Shown here in pieces: positions 50,575-62,992 of a DNA stretch of 64,000 bases (its first letter is position 1; each line of letters begins with the position of its first letter). The notes beneath the pieces are model-generated. The model was not told the DNA's origin. It ran no database searches and saw nothing but the letters and a program-made list of their open reading frames with translations. Source of the stretch: Diadema antillarum (taxonomy: Eukaryota); assembly GCF_040938485.1 (NCBI RefSeq), contig NW_027272988.1:1-64000 (forward strand), given 5' to 3'. The position numbers and the translations under genes are program-made.

Positions 50575-53500
50575 CAAAGATGAACCACAATTGTGACCTT
50601 ATAGTTTTCATTTACTTTCAGAATTGGACATGGTTATTGTTTATTTACGTGCTTTGGTGTTAGCGAGAATGTTTTTGCATTAGAACTATACTGGTATTTG
50701 TATTAGCTTATCATCAACCATGTGAGTAGATGGTAACATGCAATATAGGGCCTACTCGTATGTTGCATGGTTGATATGAATAACACCAGAAACTGAGATC
50801 AAAGTATGCGCTAGCAAATTAAATAGGAATGATAGTATGTCATACTTCGAAAGCATGATACGAGTACGAATGTCATAACATCAGAAGTTTGTGTGTATAG
50901 GCTCGTGGTAGGTGAGGAATCATTATCGTGCGAGTTTTTCCTACATGCACTATGTACAATATCGGTTCCTTCGTAAAAGTGAATACACGTGGTAGACGTC
51001 GCTTTCCATAATGATAGCTACTGATAAAGCTTCCGGCAAGAATAGATGACTTAAATTTTAGACCATGTAGGCCTATGAAACCAATTTAACATTAAACAAA
51101 TATGAATTGACAAATCGGGGTTCTTGGAGAAAGATCAATTTCATGTTGGTATGGGCCCAATTTGCAAAAATGTAATGTACTTCACAAGAGTTGCAGTTTC
51201 CAATACATGTATTTACAGTTACAAACTTGTCATTAGGCGACGACCAATCAGCCAACATCATTGATATTTGTCGCCGATGATTAATGCACCCCCTTCAATA
51301 TCTACACACGTCTTTAACAAATCAGCTCCAGTTTTTCTTTTTTATAAAAATTTCCAATTTGTAATCGCAGCTTGAAGATGGACATGGCAGCTGAAGATAT
51401 AGTGTAAATCAGTGTCTCGGTACAAGATCACAGTGAATGAAGAAATTGAAAATGACACAGCAAGGCTTTCTGAAGTTTATTTCAATTTAATATTATCATA
51501 AAAACACCATGATGAAGTCATGACCTGGAAGTTAATTGAGTTCGATATGCCGCGCCTGTGTGTATTTGTATATCAATTAATGAGGATGATTAATTAAATC
51601 TCACGTAATTTTCTCTGATATTAATGTTTTAATTACCTTTCAGTTCATCCGTCGTGCATGAAGTATTCCAAGGAACTTGCCGAGCGATCACGACTATCGC
51701 CGTGGCAGTGTATCGATTGCAAGACGTGTCACGTGTGTAAAGAAGCAGGAGACGCAGTAAGAATGCAAACTCAAATTTCCATTAAATTGATACATTAATT
51801 AAATGTACAATGTCTCTTTGAATATCTAATTCTATGATGTTGCTTCCGGAATTGAAAGTGACTGTATGTAAGTATAGTAACATAAATGTTCCCTTCACAG
51901 TCTTTGATAGTTTACTTAGTTTAGTTTTACGTAGGATTATATTTCCATGAAAATATTTGTCTTAAGCATTTATGCTCTTTAGGATATGCAAAAGGATCCA
52001 ACAATATCAAAACATTTTAAAACTCCCCACAATATTCGAAAATAAGCCAAAATACGTGGCAATGCCACTATCATTAAAGTTTGAATGGCTTTCGTGAGCA
52101 GTGGTCTCATGGAATGATTTCTATAAGACTTTGTCCATGACCAAGAAAAATGGTTTCTGGTGTGTATCCATGGAAATGTGATCTGATTTTCATAACTTGC
52201 AGGAGGTGTTCGAAAAAATAGAGATGGCACGCCGGACCGCGTCATTGTTGATTTTCCAATGATATCGGAATATTCGTACCAGTGAGGTACCTTGTTCGTA
52301 TGTATCATGAAGGTGTTTACCGCCATTAATTTCACTATGGGAAAAACATCTCTCTTTATACAACAGTTGAATAATGAAGAGTTTCCCCTCAATGATGCCA
52401 TACAGCATGTGTCTTTAGCTTCCTAAAGGGTATAGATTTATCAATAATGTGAAAATAGAATATATCACATCATTACCACGTGAGGTTTTGGGGCAAACAC
52501 AGAGAAAAAAGGATATACTTACAGATCTATCTTCCCATGTGAATATAGTGGATTGATAGTGACTTAAGGATTACGGTTCGATATTCGAGGTTCGAACGCC
52601 TGAAAATTAAGTAATGTTCGTTGACTTGGGTCACAGGTCGTTTCTCGAGGTCGATAGCCTTGAAAACGAAGTAAGATTCGTTATTCCGAAGGTTTGTTCG
52701 TCCGAAAAAGAAGTTAGTTTTGTTAATCTGAACCCTACTTCACTTTCGGACTATCGAAACTTAACTAACCTTATTTCATTTTTGGATTAGCAAACCTTCA
52801 GAATGACGAGCCTGGGATTTCATTTTCGGACTAACAAATCTTCGAAATGACGCCATAAATGTTCGAATTATTGAACCCCATTTCATTTTCGGACTAACGA
52901 AGATCTTGGTATATAGGCTTACGGAAATTGTGAGATTCGGAATAACGCACCTTTGGCCTTGGGAATAACGAATATCACCCCTGACTTGAACCAAGGAGGT
53001 ACTAGGCGAGCTCACCTATACAGTACCTCCTTGCTTGAACCAGCCTTTCACGTAGAACTTAAGAGATTTGTGGTTACAACTTCTACAATGTATATCATAC
53101 TTCTTGTTTGCATGTGTACTTTTCAAGGATACTCTACTTTTCTGTGATTCCTGCGACAAGGGATACCACATGGCGTGCCATACTCCGACTGTTGAAGAGA
53201 AACCGCACGGTAAGAGAATCCAATCTATTCTTGCTTTGGATTGAACAGGAAAACTGCGGCAGACAGTCCGCGTGTAGTATACTGCCATGACAATATTCAT
53301 GAAGGCAGAAGCGGGTGGCTTGATATAATGACCTCGAAGAATTATCGAATCACAGTAATTCAGAATTTGGCCGATCATGTTTTTAGTAATTAGGGAATCG
53401 CATAGTCGTACACAAATATACGTTTTTGTACGAGTTGAGATTACGCAGTTTAATTACAACAGTCAGTGACTAATGAGAATACTGAAGAGATCGAGCTATA

Positions 53501-54567
53501 CTGTGTGTAGATTCGTATAGTTTCTATACTATGGATAACGCGCCCGGCTAAGGTGAGTGGAGCATATAACTGTAATATCACGACTCGACATGCTTTATAA
53601 GCCGTTAATTGCAACTATTAGGCCTATTCAGTGAGAAGTTACAAAACTGTAGGCCTCCATGGCATGGCATCTTATGTGGTGAATTCGTAGGAACCCGTGA
53701 GCGTTCATCCTTCGGACTTTTGTCACTTGTAGTTTGTAATCTTGGCCGTGATGGCAGCTCTGGCTGTATGACAAAATGACTACTAGTAATATATCAGCCA
53801 CGGAAGTTATTTACGCAACGATGGGTAAATGTCTCGTTTTCATCGTTTGCAGGGACTTGGGTGTGTGAGCCTTGCGCCAGCGAAGACATGGAGGTCAAAA
53901 GTACAAGTACAGGTGAGAAAACTGCCAAAGGAATTCTTGAACCATGAGCATGCTAGCATGACAAATTTCTCTCGTCTGTATCTAAGCGCACGTTGTAGTG
54001 CGCTTCTTCTTTGGTCTGTATGTTTATGTTGTGTATAATTTGCGTGAGCGAGTAATTTAGTTACGGCCTCTCCTCGTAGTGTTTTCCCCTGGGATTATTT
54101 GTGTGACATGGGCGTGATATTCTGGAGGAGCAATTAACAGATCCTCTATTCATTTTGTGATCAAATGGAAGCGATAACATTAGATGAAATCCTGTTGTAT
54201 GCAGTATTACTCTCGAAGAAGTTATAATCAAATAAATGAACCTTTACGAATAATGTGCTGTCTACAGCATCATGGTTATTGTGATCAGTTTTCATTTTAA
54301 GAACTGGAAGTTAGAAATAAGCTGAATTAATTAGTACGAAATACTGGTAATTTCTCTGATCTCAGTTTTCAATGAAATTGCATTGATTTCATTAGCTCAT
54401 TTCAGATAAATATATCTGTACGGATTCTTTATTCATTCAGTTCGACCTATGCACGCCATTTTGCAAAGTTTGTTCCAAATTTCTTATTCATGGGACCCTA
54501 AACTCTTTCGTGTTGATCATTCGATTTATGTATCGGTAGACTTAGTTAGACTTAAGTGTGTGTGTTA

Positions 54568-54598
<31 letters not shown>

Positions 54599-57185
54599 TT
54601 CTTTTATGGTTGTACTCCATTGTTCAACCAGCCACGATGAAGTATCGATATAAAATTAATTCAACTCGACTCGATTCTCGTGTTTTTAATTGCAAACGTG
54701 GAAGTAGGCTATGTGTTCCATATACTGTAGACCTTCGTGGAAATTGATTGAATTGTTGTGATTTATTGACTGAAAATAGCAGCCCAGAGGCTGAAATACA
54801 TTCAATTTACAATAAAAGCTTAAAATTTACAATGCTTCACAATTAACTACATGAATTTATACATACGTCCGTCTAAACCAACTAGCAGTGGCGGATCCAG
54901 AGGGGGGGGGGGGGGGGGGGGGGGGGCAACCGGCGCACGCCCCCCCCCCCTTTATTTTCCGTTAAAAACTCCAATCATCTCTCTATCATTTCTATTGCCA
55001 GTTTAAGGAACAGTATAATTTTTAGCGATTTAGAGGCTTTGGTTATCCTGCCAGTGAAATGAACAATGGTTTACAATGTACCCCAAAAATAGGGCTCAAA
55101 TGAAACAGCAGGTTTTTATTCTACCTTGGGAAAAACTGACAAGAAAAGATAAAAATCTACAATGATAATAATAATAAAAAAACATACATCGAACCATAGA
55201 AATGCGGTTCTATGACTTGATGGCATAAAGTATCGGTTACAGCTCGTTATTCCGAAGGTTCGTTATTCCGAAGGCTCTTCAGTCCGAAGATTCGTTATTC
55301 CGAAGGTTCGTTATTCCGAATTTCATTTTCGGATCAACAAATCTTCGGAATAACGAACCTTCGGAATAACGCCACAAATGTTCGGATTAAAGAACCTTTT
55401 TTTCATTTTCGGATTAACAAACCACTAGGTATAGGGAATTTGTGTGTTTCGGAATAACGAACTTTCGGAATAACGAACAGCACCCAAAGTATCGTGCCCT
55501 TATTTCTCATTTATGCTGCATCATGTTACAGATGGAGATGGCTCACTCGTCTCATCAGCATCGAGCACCGACGGCTCGCCTAGCTACAAACCGACCAAGG
55601 AGCACGGGGAAGACGCACTACTACAAAACAAGTAAGATGACCCGTCGAGGTTTGTTGTCTGAACACGCCGAGGGCTTGGAATTCTGTCAATGCGCGCAAA
55701 AGTCAAACAGATTTGAGTCGAGTTGCAGGGCCTCTTATTGATTTCGTCAATAAAACGTGCAATCCAATCGTGTGATTTACACTCATTATAAGTGACCTCA
55801 TCACTTTCGTACGATAGCCGTATTTACTTTTGCCTAGAATTGTTTTACAAATATAATGTTTGAGAGCTAAAGAGGGTGTAATATTTATTTCAAAAATGTG
55901 ACTGAACAGTACGGAGTGACGTCAGTTATTTCATGATGAACCTATCATGAACAGAATTCTCAGAGCATACCCTGATCAGCGAAGGTGTATTTTGAGCCTC
56001 GATATGAACTACACACTTCATTAATATCGTGATTTGATATCAACTCACTGCACCATTTACTATATCAAGATATAATTTGTCTCTCCCGTTGTTATGCAAC
56101 AGACCCAATTCAACATCGGGTCAGGTATCTCCAGACGTGGCTACACCGAACCTGTCGATGCCAGCCAACCTCCCCGAGCAGTCGGCCCAGAGCCGAACTA
56201 GCAGTCCGACCAAAGACAGCCTCTCCACACACCCGTCCACATGGTCTCTGGAGGATGTTGTCAGTTACTTCAAGCAGAGGGGTTATGTAGAGCAGGCGGC
56301 TTCATTTAAAGATCAGGTATAGAACTTTGGGATGTGGCTGGAGCATTCTTAATCATTCATTATCCGTATAGTGGTTAAGTAACATTGCAGTGCGTCGCCA
56401 GTTTGACAAACACTTGCATGACTTGTGAGTGTTTCTCAATTTTGTATGGCCAACGTCGACAAGTTGCCTTAATTAACATGAAAGTGACAACCGAAAGTGC
56501 AGCGTTGAGCATTAAGGTATTGATAGTTTCGCTGATTAAGTTTGAACCACCTCTCCAAAGTGATTATATAGAAATGTGAATAAGTTTTATAACACTTTCA
56601 GAAAAAGTTCTTTTGACATTTCATCCTTTGTAATACACCTGTCTTACAGAGACCAACGTTGTTGAGTTTTCTTATTCCCAGTGAAAGTGATATTTAAAAA
56701 CGCTTGTGTATGGAAGTACCAGTGTTATAATAATTCTTCCCGTGATTTATTGCCAGTGTTCTTTATCACAATCACTCTTCCAAGCGTTTTGATTAAGGTG
56801 TAATAAAAAAGAAGGATGCCCTAATGGTGTTTAAAAAAAAAAAAACAAACAAAAAAAAAACCCTCTTTGGGCAGTTTGCGATAACGTCATGAACCGAGTC
56901 CTGATGTGTTTAATCTTTCAGGAAATTGATGGCAATGCACTCCTGCTTCTCCGAAGATCCGATGTGCTGACAGGACTATCATTCAAGCTAGGCCCCGCCC
57001 TCAAGATATACAAACAGGTCAGCGAGTTGCAACTTCATTACGCAAAGAAGTCTGCCTTCGACACGCCCACCACGCCGTCGCCCTCGCTCAACTCTGTGGA
57101 AACGACGTCCAGTAAAAAGCGGCGCACTGATTTCAGCAACTCTGTAACCATGGCTCCTGGTCACACTGAGCTCCTCGCCAACTGA
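34700..57185 (+). CDS. SAMD1: SAMD1/atherin-like chromatin reader, 8 coding exons (34700-35305, 49799-49955, 51644-51756, 53128-53209, 53853-53912, 55532-55631, 56103-56316, 56922-57185), 531 aa: WH1 - WH2(H15-like) - AT-hook - double PHD finger - SAM
   Basis: All introns are GT-AG and phases chain correctly (0,1,0,1,1,2,0) to 1596 nt ending in TGA. WH1 [21 protein letters not shown]...[11 protein letters not shown] and [13 protein letters not shown]...[30 protein letters not shown] closely match recalled vertebrate SAMD1 motifs. Confidence 0.9.
39707..40800 (-). mobile_element. Decayed PIF/Harbinger-type element with a pseudogenised MADF/Myb-like DNA-binding ORF (about 40020-40518)
   Basis: Left end ttaa|agcccccgttcac. 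The - strand translates to acidic/basic [19 protein letters not shown]... then [40 protein letters not shown], broken by stops and frameshifts. Confidence 0.6.
41750..43878 (+). mobile_element. Helentron/HINE-like repeat split by the TIR element; a related 3' end lies at about 15290-15355
   Basis: tgacctttgac motifs, gacagacggtcggacgg microsatellite-like stretch, and a ccggcaccct(t)caggg...cata(t)aaa terminus shared with 15330-15355. Confidence 0.5.
42265..43612. mobile_element. 1.35-kb TIR element with seven AGTAACGCGTGGGAC motifs
   Basis: tatatgg(a)caagtccaagctatt / aatagcttggacttgcccatata; inserted in a tgacctttga-type repeat. Confidence 0.75.
44310..45277. mobile_element. Foldback-like element built from TTCGTTATTCCGAAGG / TTCGGAATAACGAA units; related copies at about 15540-15650, 52565-52978 and 55240-55480
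   Basis: Left arm carries the motif forward and right arm reverse-complemented, around an unrelated spacer. Confidence 0.65.
45372..45804. mobile_element. TTAAAGGGGATGGC MITE, second copy
   Basis: Same TIRs as 23804-24168. Confidence 0.85.
47823..48990 (+). repeat. Helentron/HINE-like element with an internal array of at least six 150-170-bp units
   Basis: The actttccac...tatgaccaccaaactcacaccacag...aagttcaaaggtcaaa unit recurs near 47921, 48091, 48261, 48431, 48588 and 48735; head tttttgcggagcagaagcgaggc plus (gtc)n. Confidence 0.7.
49799..49955 (+). CDS. SAMD1: Exon 2: first half of PHD1 ([52 protein letters not shown])
   Basis: catacag| acceptor, |gtgggt donor, 157 nt. Not in the ORF track in this frame; found by translation and by match to paralog exon 8854-9010. 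Confidence 0.92.
50110..50154. repeat. (TA)n microsatellite; others: (CT)n about 13090-13120, (CA)n about 50525-50570, (GT)n about 54570-54594
   Basis: Read directly. Confidence 0.95.
51644..51756 (+). CDS. SAMD1: Exon 3: PHD1/PHD2 junction ([38 protein letters not shown])
   Basis: ctttcag| and |gtaaga, 113 nt. HPSC...WQCIDCKTC is the KAT6/DPF double-PHD signature. Confidence 0.93.
53128..53209 (+). CDS. SAMD1: Exon 4: PHD2 ([27 protein letters not shown])
   Basis: tttcaag| and |gtaaga, 82 nt, [10 protein letters not shown] motif. Confidence 0.93.
53853..53912 (+). CDS. SAMD1: Exon 5: end of PHD2 ([20 protein letters not shown])
   Basis: tttgcag| and |gtgaga, 60 nt, WxCxxC. Confidence 0.9.
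55532..55631 (+). CDS. SAMD1: Exon 6: Ser-rich linker ([34 protein letters not shown])
   Basis: gttacag| and |gtaaga, 100 nt. Supplies the phase 1 to phase 2 switch needed between exons 5 and 7; no domain signature. Confidence 0.75.
56103..56316 (+). CDS. SAMD1: Exon 7: linker and first half of SAM domain
   Basis: caacag| and |gtatag; [29 protein letters not shown]. Confidence 0.9.
56922..57185 (+). CDS. SAMD1: Exon 8: second half of SAM domain, C-terminal tail, stop
   Basis: ctttcag|GAAATTGAT; [37 protein letters not shown]; TGA ends at 57185. Confidence 0.92.
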   Translation, partial: EIDGNALLLLRRSDVLTGLSFKLGPALKIYKQVSELQLHYAKKSAFDTPTTPSPSLNSVETTSSKKRRTDFSNSVTMAPGHTELLAN

Positions 57186-60100
57186 ATTAGGGACGGAGAT
57201 AATCTCCACTCGCAGAAATAATAGATCCGCGCTCTCCATCATACGACAACTACGGAGAGCAAGCGCGTCTCGCTTTTCAAAAGGATAAGCCCGCCAGTTT
57301 ACGGCAGCAACGCCATCGGAAAGAGGACGTTGTTGGAGCGCCGACGCTCATCATGAACATGTTCCTTTTAGGCAATAACTTAGGAACGATAGCGACAAAC
57401 TATTTTTCCCTGCATGAAGTGAAACTGTTGCAAGAGACAGCCACCGTATTTTATGAAATTAGATCTGTGTATCTGCATTTCATTAAGACGGACTATCCGC
57501 CACTTCCATCGCCCAGTCATCACTAAAACCGTGGGATAATTTACCACGAGCCACCTCCGTGCAGTAAAAGAAGCAAAATATCTTTCAGGTTGTACTTTTC
57601 TTCTTTCAAATTTGACATCGCTCTTTTTTTTTTTTTTTTTCAAATGATAGAATTTATTGATTTCTCGAAGCAACATAATTTTACAGAGGATAAATGAATT
57701 ACAAAGTTATTACTTCAACACAAAAACATTTCTTTGATACAAACAATTTAAACACATATCTGTGTTTTTTATACTTTTTTTTCAAATATTTAAATATCTT
57801 CTTACTAAAAAACATATTATAAAGGGTCGTACATGCGAGAATGCGAAAATAGGATAAAATAACTTTTGGCAGTCCGAAAGCCCGCCCAGGCCCGCCCGAC
57901 ATGGCGACGACGAGTGCACATTGAATAACTTCCACAGGACCATTGCAATTGACTACACACAGCCCCGCCGCCGTACACAAGTGTAACACTTGAGCACAGC
58001 GACAGGGCCGCGCACAGCCACATTGCAATGCACAGCTAATAAAAGGAAATTCGTAAATACTAATAGGCCCCATGGACAGAAAATCTAGAAATTAGCAAAC
58101 AACATTCACCCGCCGACCCCACGCTCAGGCAGGCCCCCAGCGGACTTCCGGCAAGCCATTGGAACGCCAAGGATGCACCCTGCCCGAAAGTATGTACAGT
58201 GTATACATTTACATTACAGACGCCACACCCAGGTAGGCTCCTAGAAAGCCACCGGGTTGCCACGAACATACCCTGCCCGAAAGCATGCATAAATTAACTT
58301 ACATCATAACAACGTTAAAAGAAACATCGCTCTTACTTACTCGGAATAATTTCATATCAAGGGTGTCCAATTCTGCTAAGAACATAGCCCAGTTTCTTCC
58401 AGTCGTTTATTCAGGAGTTTGCGGTCACAGGGAGGGAGCGTTAATGTGCCCCTCTTCCTCACCTCAGATCACGGGGACAGATTGTTTGACTGAGAAGAAA
58501 TTTGTATGATTTCAATCAAAACGATTTGAATCATACCCATGTCATGAGGGAAGCATGTATTAACATAATTGATATTAAGTGAATGATCCATTCCATGATT
58601 CGAGATGAATTTTGTTATGTAGAATTGCAGGCCTTGCCTACCCTTCCAATCAAGAAGTGAAAGAAGCGCATGATGTTTATGATATAATAACATTTTTCAA
58701 TATCTCTGCTGGACTTGGTCCCTTCCCCCCACCCCCATCTGAGGTCGGATGAAGGTTGATAGATTGGCAGCTGTTACTGAAGATATGAGACGTTATCAAG
58801 ATCATTACAGAATTCGTTCAGATCTAATAAACGTTTGGTAATGCCTCAGTTTTTAGATATTGTTTACATCGTTATCGAACTGTTGCTTCCGTCAAAGACG
58901 TAGAACTACTATGTGATACATAACCTCTAATATCACTTCCACACAACTCAGTTATTTCTCATTTTGAAGAGAAAAATGGAGCATTCTTATGATTATAGAA
59001 ACAATGTCTCTCCTTGTATCAGTTCTTAAAGGTTGTGTTTTATCAACATGCTGAAGTATACATGTAGTGCCCGTTACATTCACAGTTGAACATAATGTGT
59101 GACGTACCTTCGGTAGTGGAGACAGTTTTGATCGTCGTAAGATTAGAAGCGCAGTACGTGTACCATAACATAGATGCAGTTACAAGTGTATTACAATAGA
59201 ACACAGCCGTATGCTTGAAAGATATAGCCATATGCTTGCTGTATTGCCTACCCGCGGCACATAATATCGAGTGTTGAAGATGCGATCTCTTTGGTGTGAA
59301 AAGTTGCTGCAATCGGTCTTCCATTTCATTCATAATCCAAAGTGGGATGAGAATAGCTATATTGTACCTCTCCGTCTTATTTTGAGATTACTGCCACTGC
59401 TGTACAGTAATACTTTGAACAGTACTCGATCTAAAGCACGCTGCACGTGAAAGATGTACTAATCAGGATTCATACAAGAAGGAAGAATGTGAAAGACTGA
59501 AACGTGCATAAATCAGCCACGTCGAGTACAAAGCATAATGATGTTGATTTGTGTGTGATGGTTATTGTAAAAGCGTACATGAGCCTGTCAGGCCGCAGTA
59601 GTGTTAAACAGCTACGAGATGAAACCTCATACAGATCATGAGGTATGTGACTTATCTTATTGCAAGTATATCATTTGCATAATGTCAATAACAGCAAGAC
59701 AAAATAGGGACATCCATATTAAGTGACTTTTGAAAATGTTTTCACACCCTTCTCAAACAACGTATCCCGCGTAAACCTGTGTTCTAGCTCATAAATATCC
59801 TTGTTGGATAATGTGGATTATCCATCACGTAGATTCGTCAAATTGCTTTCCCATCGGAATAGTAGTGAATAGGCAAACTTCGCCAAGAGTAAAGAACCTG
59901 TTAAGCTACTGAACTGTACGGCGACTTATATTCTTACACGCACCTTCCATAAGAACGGGTGCATAGTTTTGATGTACTACAATCAACATGATGACAACAT
60001 GTTTGATTACACAGAGAAGATAAACGAGATGTAGATTTAACACTCTCGATCCATCCCTATGGATGGCAATGACATCATGTTTAATATTTTTGCAGATGGT

Positions 60101-60959
60101 CATTAGGGAGTTCAACCACTTTCAGGCATCATGCTATACGAAGCTTTCCTTGAAGTCTCTATTTTCCGATCGTGATTTTGTATGAATTAATGTTCGTTCA
60201 AGAAGCGTTGCATTGCATTTTTTTTTCTGTCTTGCCGTTCAAGGTTTAGAAGAATGCTGATCTTTTATCTTTGTACAACATTTTCGTAAAGTGTTTACAT
60301 TGTAGCACACTGCCAGTATTAGATAAATAGTTGGTGAAGTAATGGAAAATTTTAACTCATCGTTACTTCGCGTCCCCTTCGTTTTGTTGTCCGATTGTTC
60401 GGAGATTATGATACTTGTGATATTTTGATATTTATTCTATACCCTTTTCATGGGGAATTGTTGCAAACAAACTTGTTATTCTTTGTGTGTATCATCGTAC
60501 TACAGTCGATTTAAGCGGAATCGATATACGCGGAATGACACAACGTTACAAATTATAGTTAAACAGTGTTAATTTTGTCGTCAGTTTAGTTTTCACTTTC
60601 TTCTCTTTAGCTGATGCGCGGAACGCATCAATATTGCGGTTTGATTGAGATACATTACACGACTGTATAGTTTTTCTTCTGTCGGCTTTCAAGAGCTGGC
60701 CGCACTGAGAAAAACGCAAGCAGACTCTACCTGTATGTGTGCTCTATTTCGTGGAATTAAACCGTCATCCAAGAAACTGTTTTGGTAATATTTTCGCTTG
60801 TTTGTCTGTCTGTCTGTTTATTTATTAGTTTGTTTTTAAAATTTCCATCTGAGAAGATGGCTGGATAGGCCATATTATACAGCTGCACTAGCTGGTCTTC
60901 CACGGCGTGCAATTTGGGGTGAGGCGGGACCACTTTAACGGGTTGTACATCCTGCTCTT

Positions 60960-61148
60960 TGAGATGAATGAATAGTGTGATCTTTTACGTGCATGAGTTG
61001 TGACTCTCCATTTTATGTCCTATTCGGCGGACAGAGGCTTGCCAGAGGGGACGGTATGATTACACATAACATTGTTCAGTTAGTCTCGGGAATCGAACCC
61101 GGGTCCTTTGGATCTGGAGGCAGACGCGCTACGCGACTAAGCCAAATC
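60960..61148 (-). mobile_element. tRNA-derived SINE
   Basis: A-box tggcttagtcg and B-box ggttcgattcc (61089-61099) on the - strand, without a clean cloverleaf. Confidence 0.6.
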
Positions 61149-62992
61149 AACATCCCGCTTCGTTGGTTTTTATTTCAGGCATTTGGTGATCTTCTCTATA
61201 AAGTTATCTAATTTACAAATTCTGTGAATCGTCTTCATCATCATCACTATCTAAAAAATAAAAAATAAATAAATAAAAAATAAAGCTGACAGGAATATCC
61301 TATTGAAGCGCAGTAGAATAGGCCTGTATGTATAGCAGCTGTGATACAGAAATACACCTTAGCTTTATTATTAAAGTAAAACGAAAATTTTGTCTGCCCG
61401 ACAGTCGCCTTAATTTGTTATGAAAAGCGAATTGATTTCATTTCAATTTAGTTTTCAGACAATGTAATTTCTCACTTTATCCATGAATTCAAATTCAAAC
61501 TTTATTTTCATTTTTTTTTCAACAGAATACAAACTAATGTGTGAAATTTGATTACACATGGGAAACAATGAAGAATAATAGCATGCTCATGTCAATGAAG
61601 ACACAAATATGCCAACGTAAGATGTCTTTAATCCAGAAGATGAAAATCTGAAAATGTATAAGTTCGGTTTATGAATGTAAAATATCTGAAATTGGATGGG
61701 GAAAGACAGGCCACCATCCTGAGCAATTGCTTGATCACGACGACAGCCTAATAGAATACATGTACAGCATATAAAAAAATTTATATTTGAACGAGTTCTC
61801 GCCTATCACTGAAGTATAGTGTAATTTGCATTTACGATACAATTTTTTTTACGCAGTTTAAAAAAATATATATATTTTGCTTCAAATACCCCCTCTCTCT
61901 TTCTATCTCCCTATATCCTATTGTATACTGTATTACATGCAAAAAACCATTGATACCTCTGCCACCATCTTCACACCTCAAATAGCGAGAATATAGTCTG
62001 CGTCATTTTGGACTAGGCAAACATAGAAGGCGAAGGAGAAAGAGCTCCAGCCCATCGTGTCTACAGTGGAGTGTAGCAAACATTTTCCAAGCCGGGGGAG
62101 GGGGGGGGGGGGGGGGGGGTATGACGAGAGAGCTAGACTGCCCTTGTACGCGCAAACTGACGTCACATTTCTTCTTTTCTTTCCTTGTTTTGTGTTTGCT
62201 CTCAGAACGTCACAATAGTTCCACAACAATCACATTGTGACATCATAATGACTTTTCTTTTTCTTTATTTCTCACAAGTAGGCATAAATGTAGCAAACTG
62301 TCGTGACGACGCGCGCGCGGAAGGCGTAATCAACGCTCTTTAACTTCCTCATGCGCGCAAGATGAAAGTGCGTTGACCGCAAACACTAATGCGTATATTT
62401 CATTAGGCCGGGGTCTCGCTTTGTGACCTCATACCAATGCAGTATGGACATTGTGACGTATAATTATTCCACTCGCCAGTATTTTGCATTCTGATACGGA
62501 TATATCTACGCACTTCGTGCATGTGTTTGTGCTTGTTTCTTTTTGTTCTGTGTCTGAAATGGCCAAGGAGTGATAGGCTCGGTCGTATGTAGGCAGTGTC
62601 AATTCGCAGCATGTACTGGATTGACCCCATCTCTGCCTTATTCGTAGTAAACCTTGCAATGAGTTGACGAAAGCAATAAGTTCCAATCTCTCTTTTTTTA
62701 AATTCCTGTTGCTTATATCATTTGTCATGAGATTCTTCGTGTAAATACACATTTAAGAGTTTACAAATTGCCTACATAGACCTGTACACGTATTGTGTTC
62801 ATTTGGTCATGGTAGATGGCCTCACTGGTCATTGTTTGTAAGAATAGAAAAGTGCAATACAGGGGAAGAAAGCATTAATTTCATATTATTTTCTGCAAGC
62901 AAGTTTGAAAGGTACGTTAAGTATTGTAGCGAGTGAAGTGCTGTACAAGACACGGATGGTCACTGGCTGCCTCTTTTTGGAAATTTGGCAAG

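Noticed and set aside
57870-58290. GC-rich block downstream of the + stop with a duplicated CCCTGCCCGAAAG motif
   Set aside because: Cannot distinguish 3' UTR element from transposon remnant; no coding or structural support.
59040-60115. Short open frames with coding-like composition
   Set aside because: No domain resemblance or consistent splice chain.
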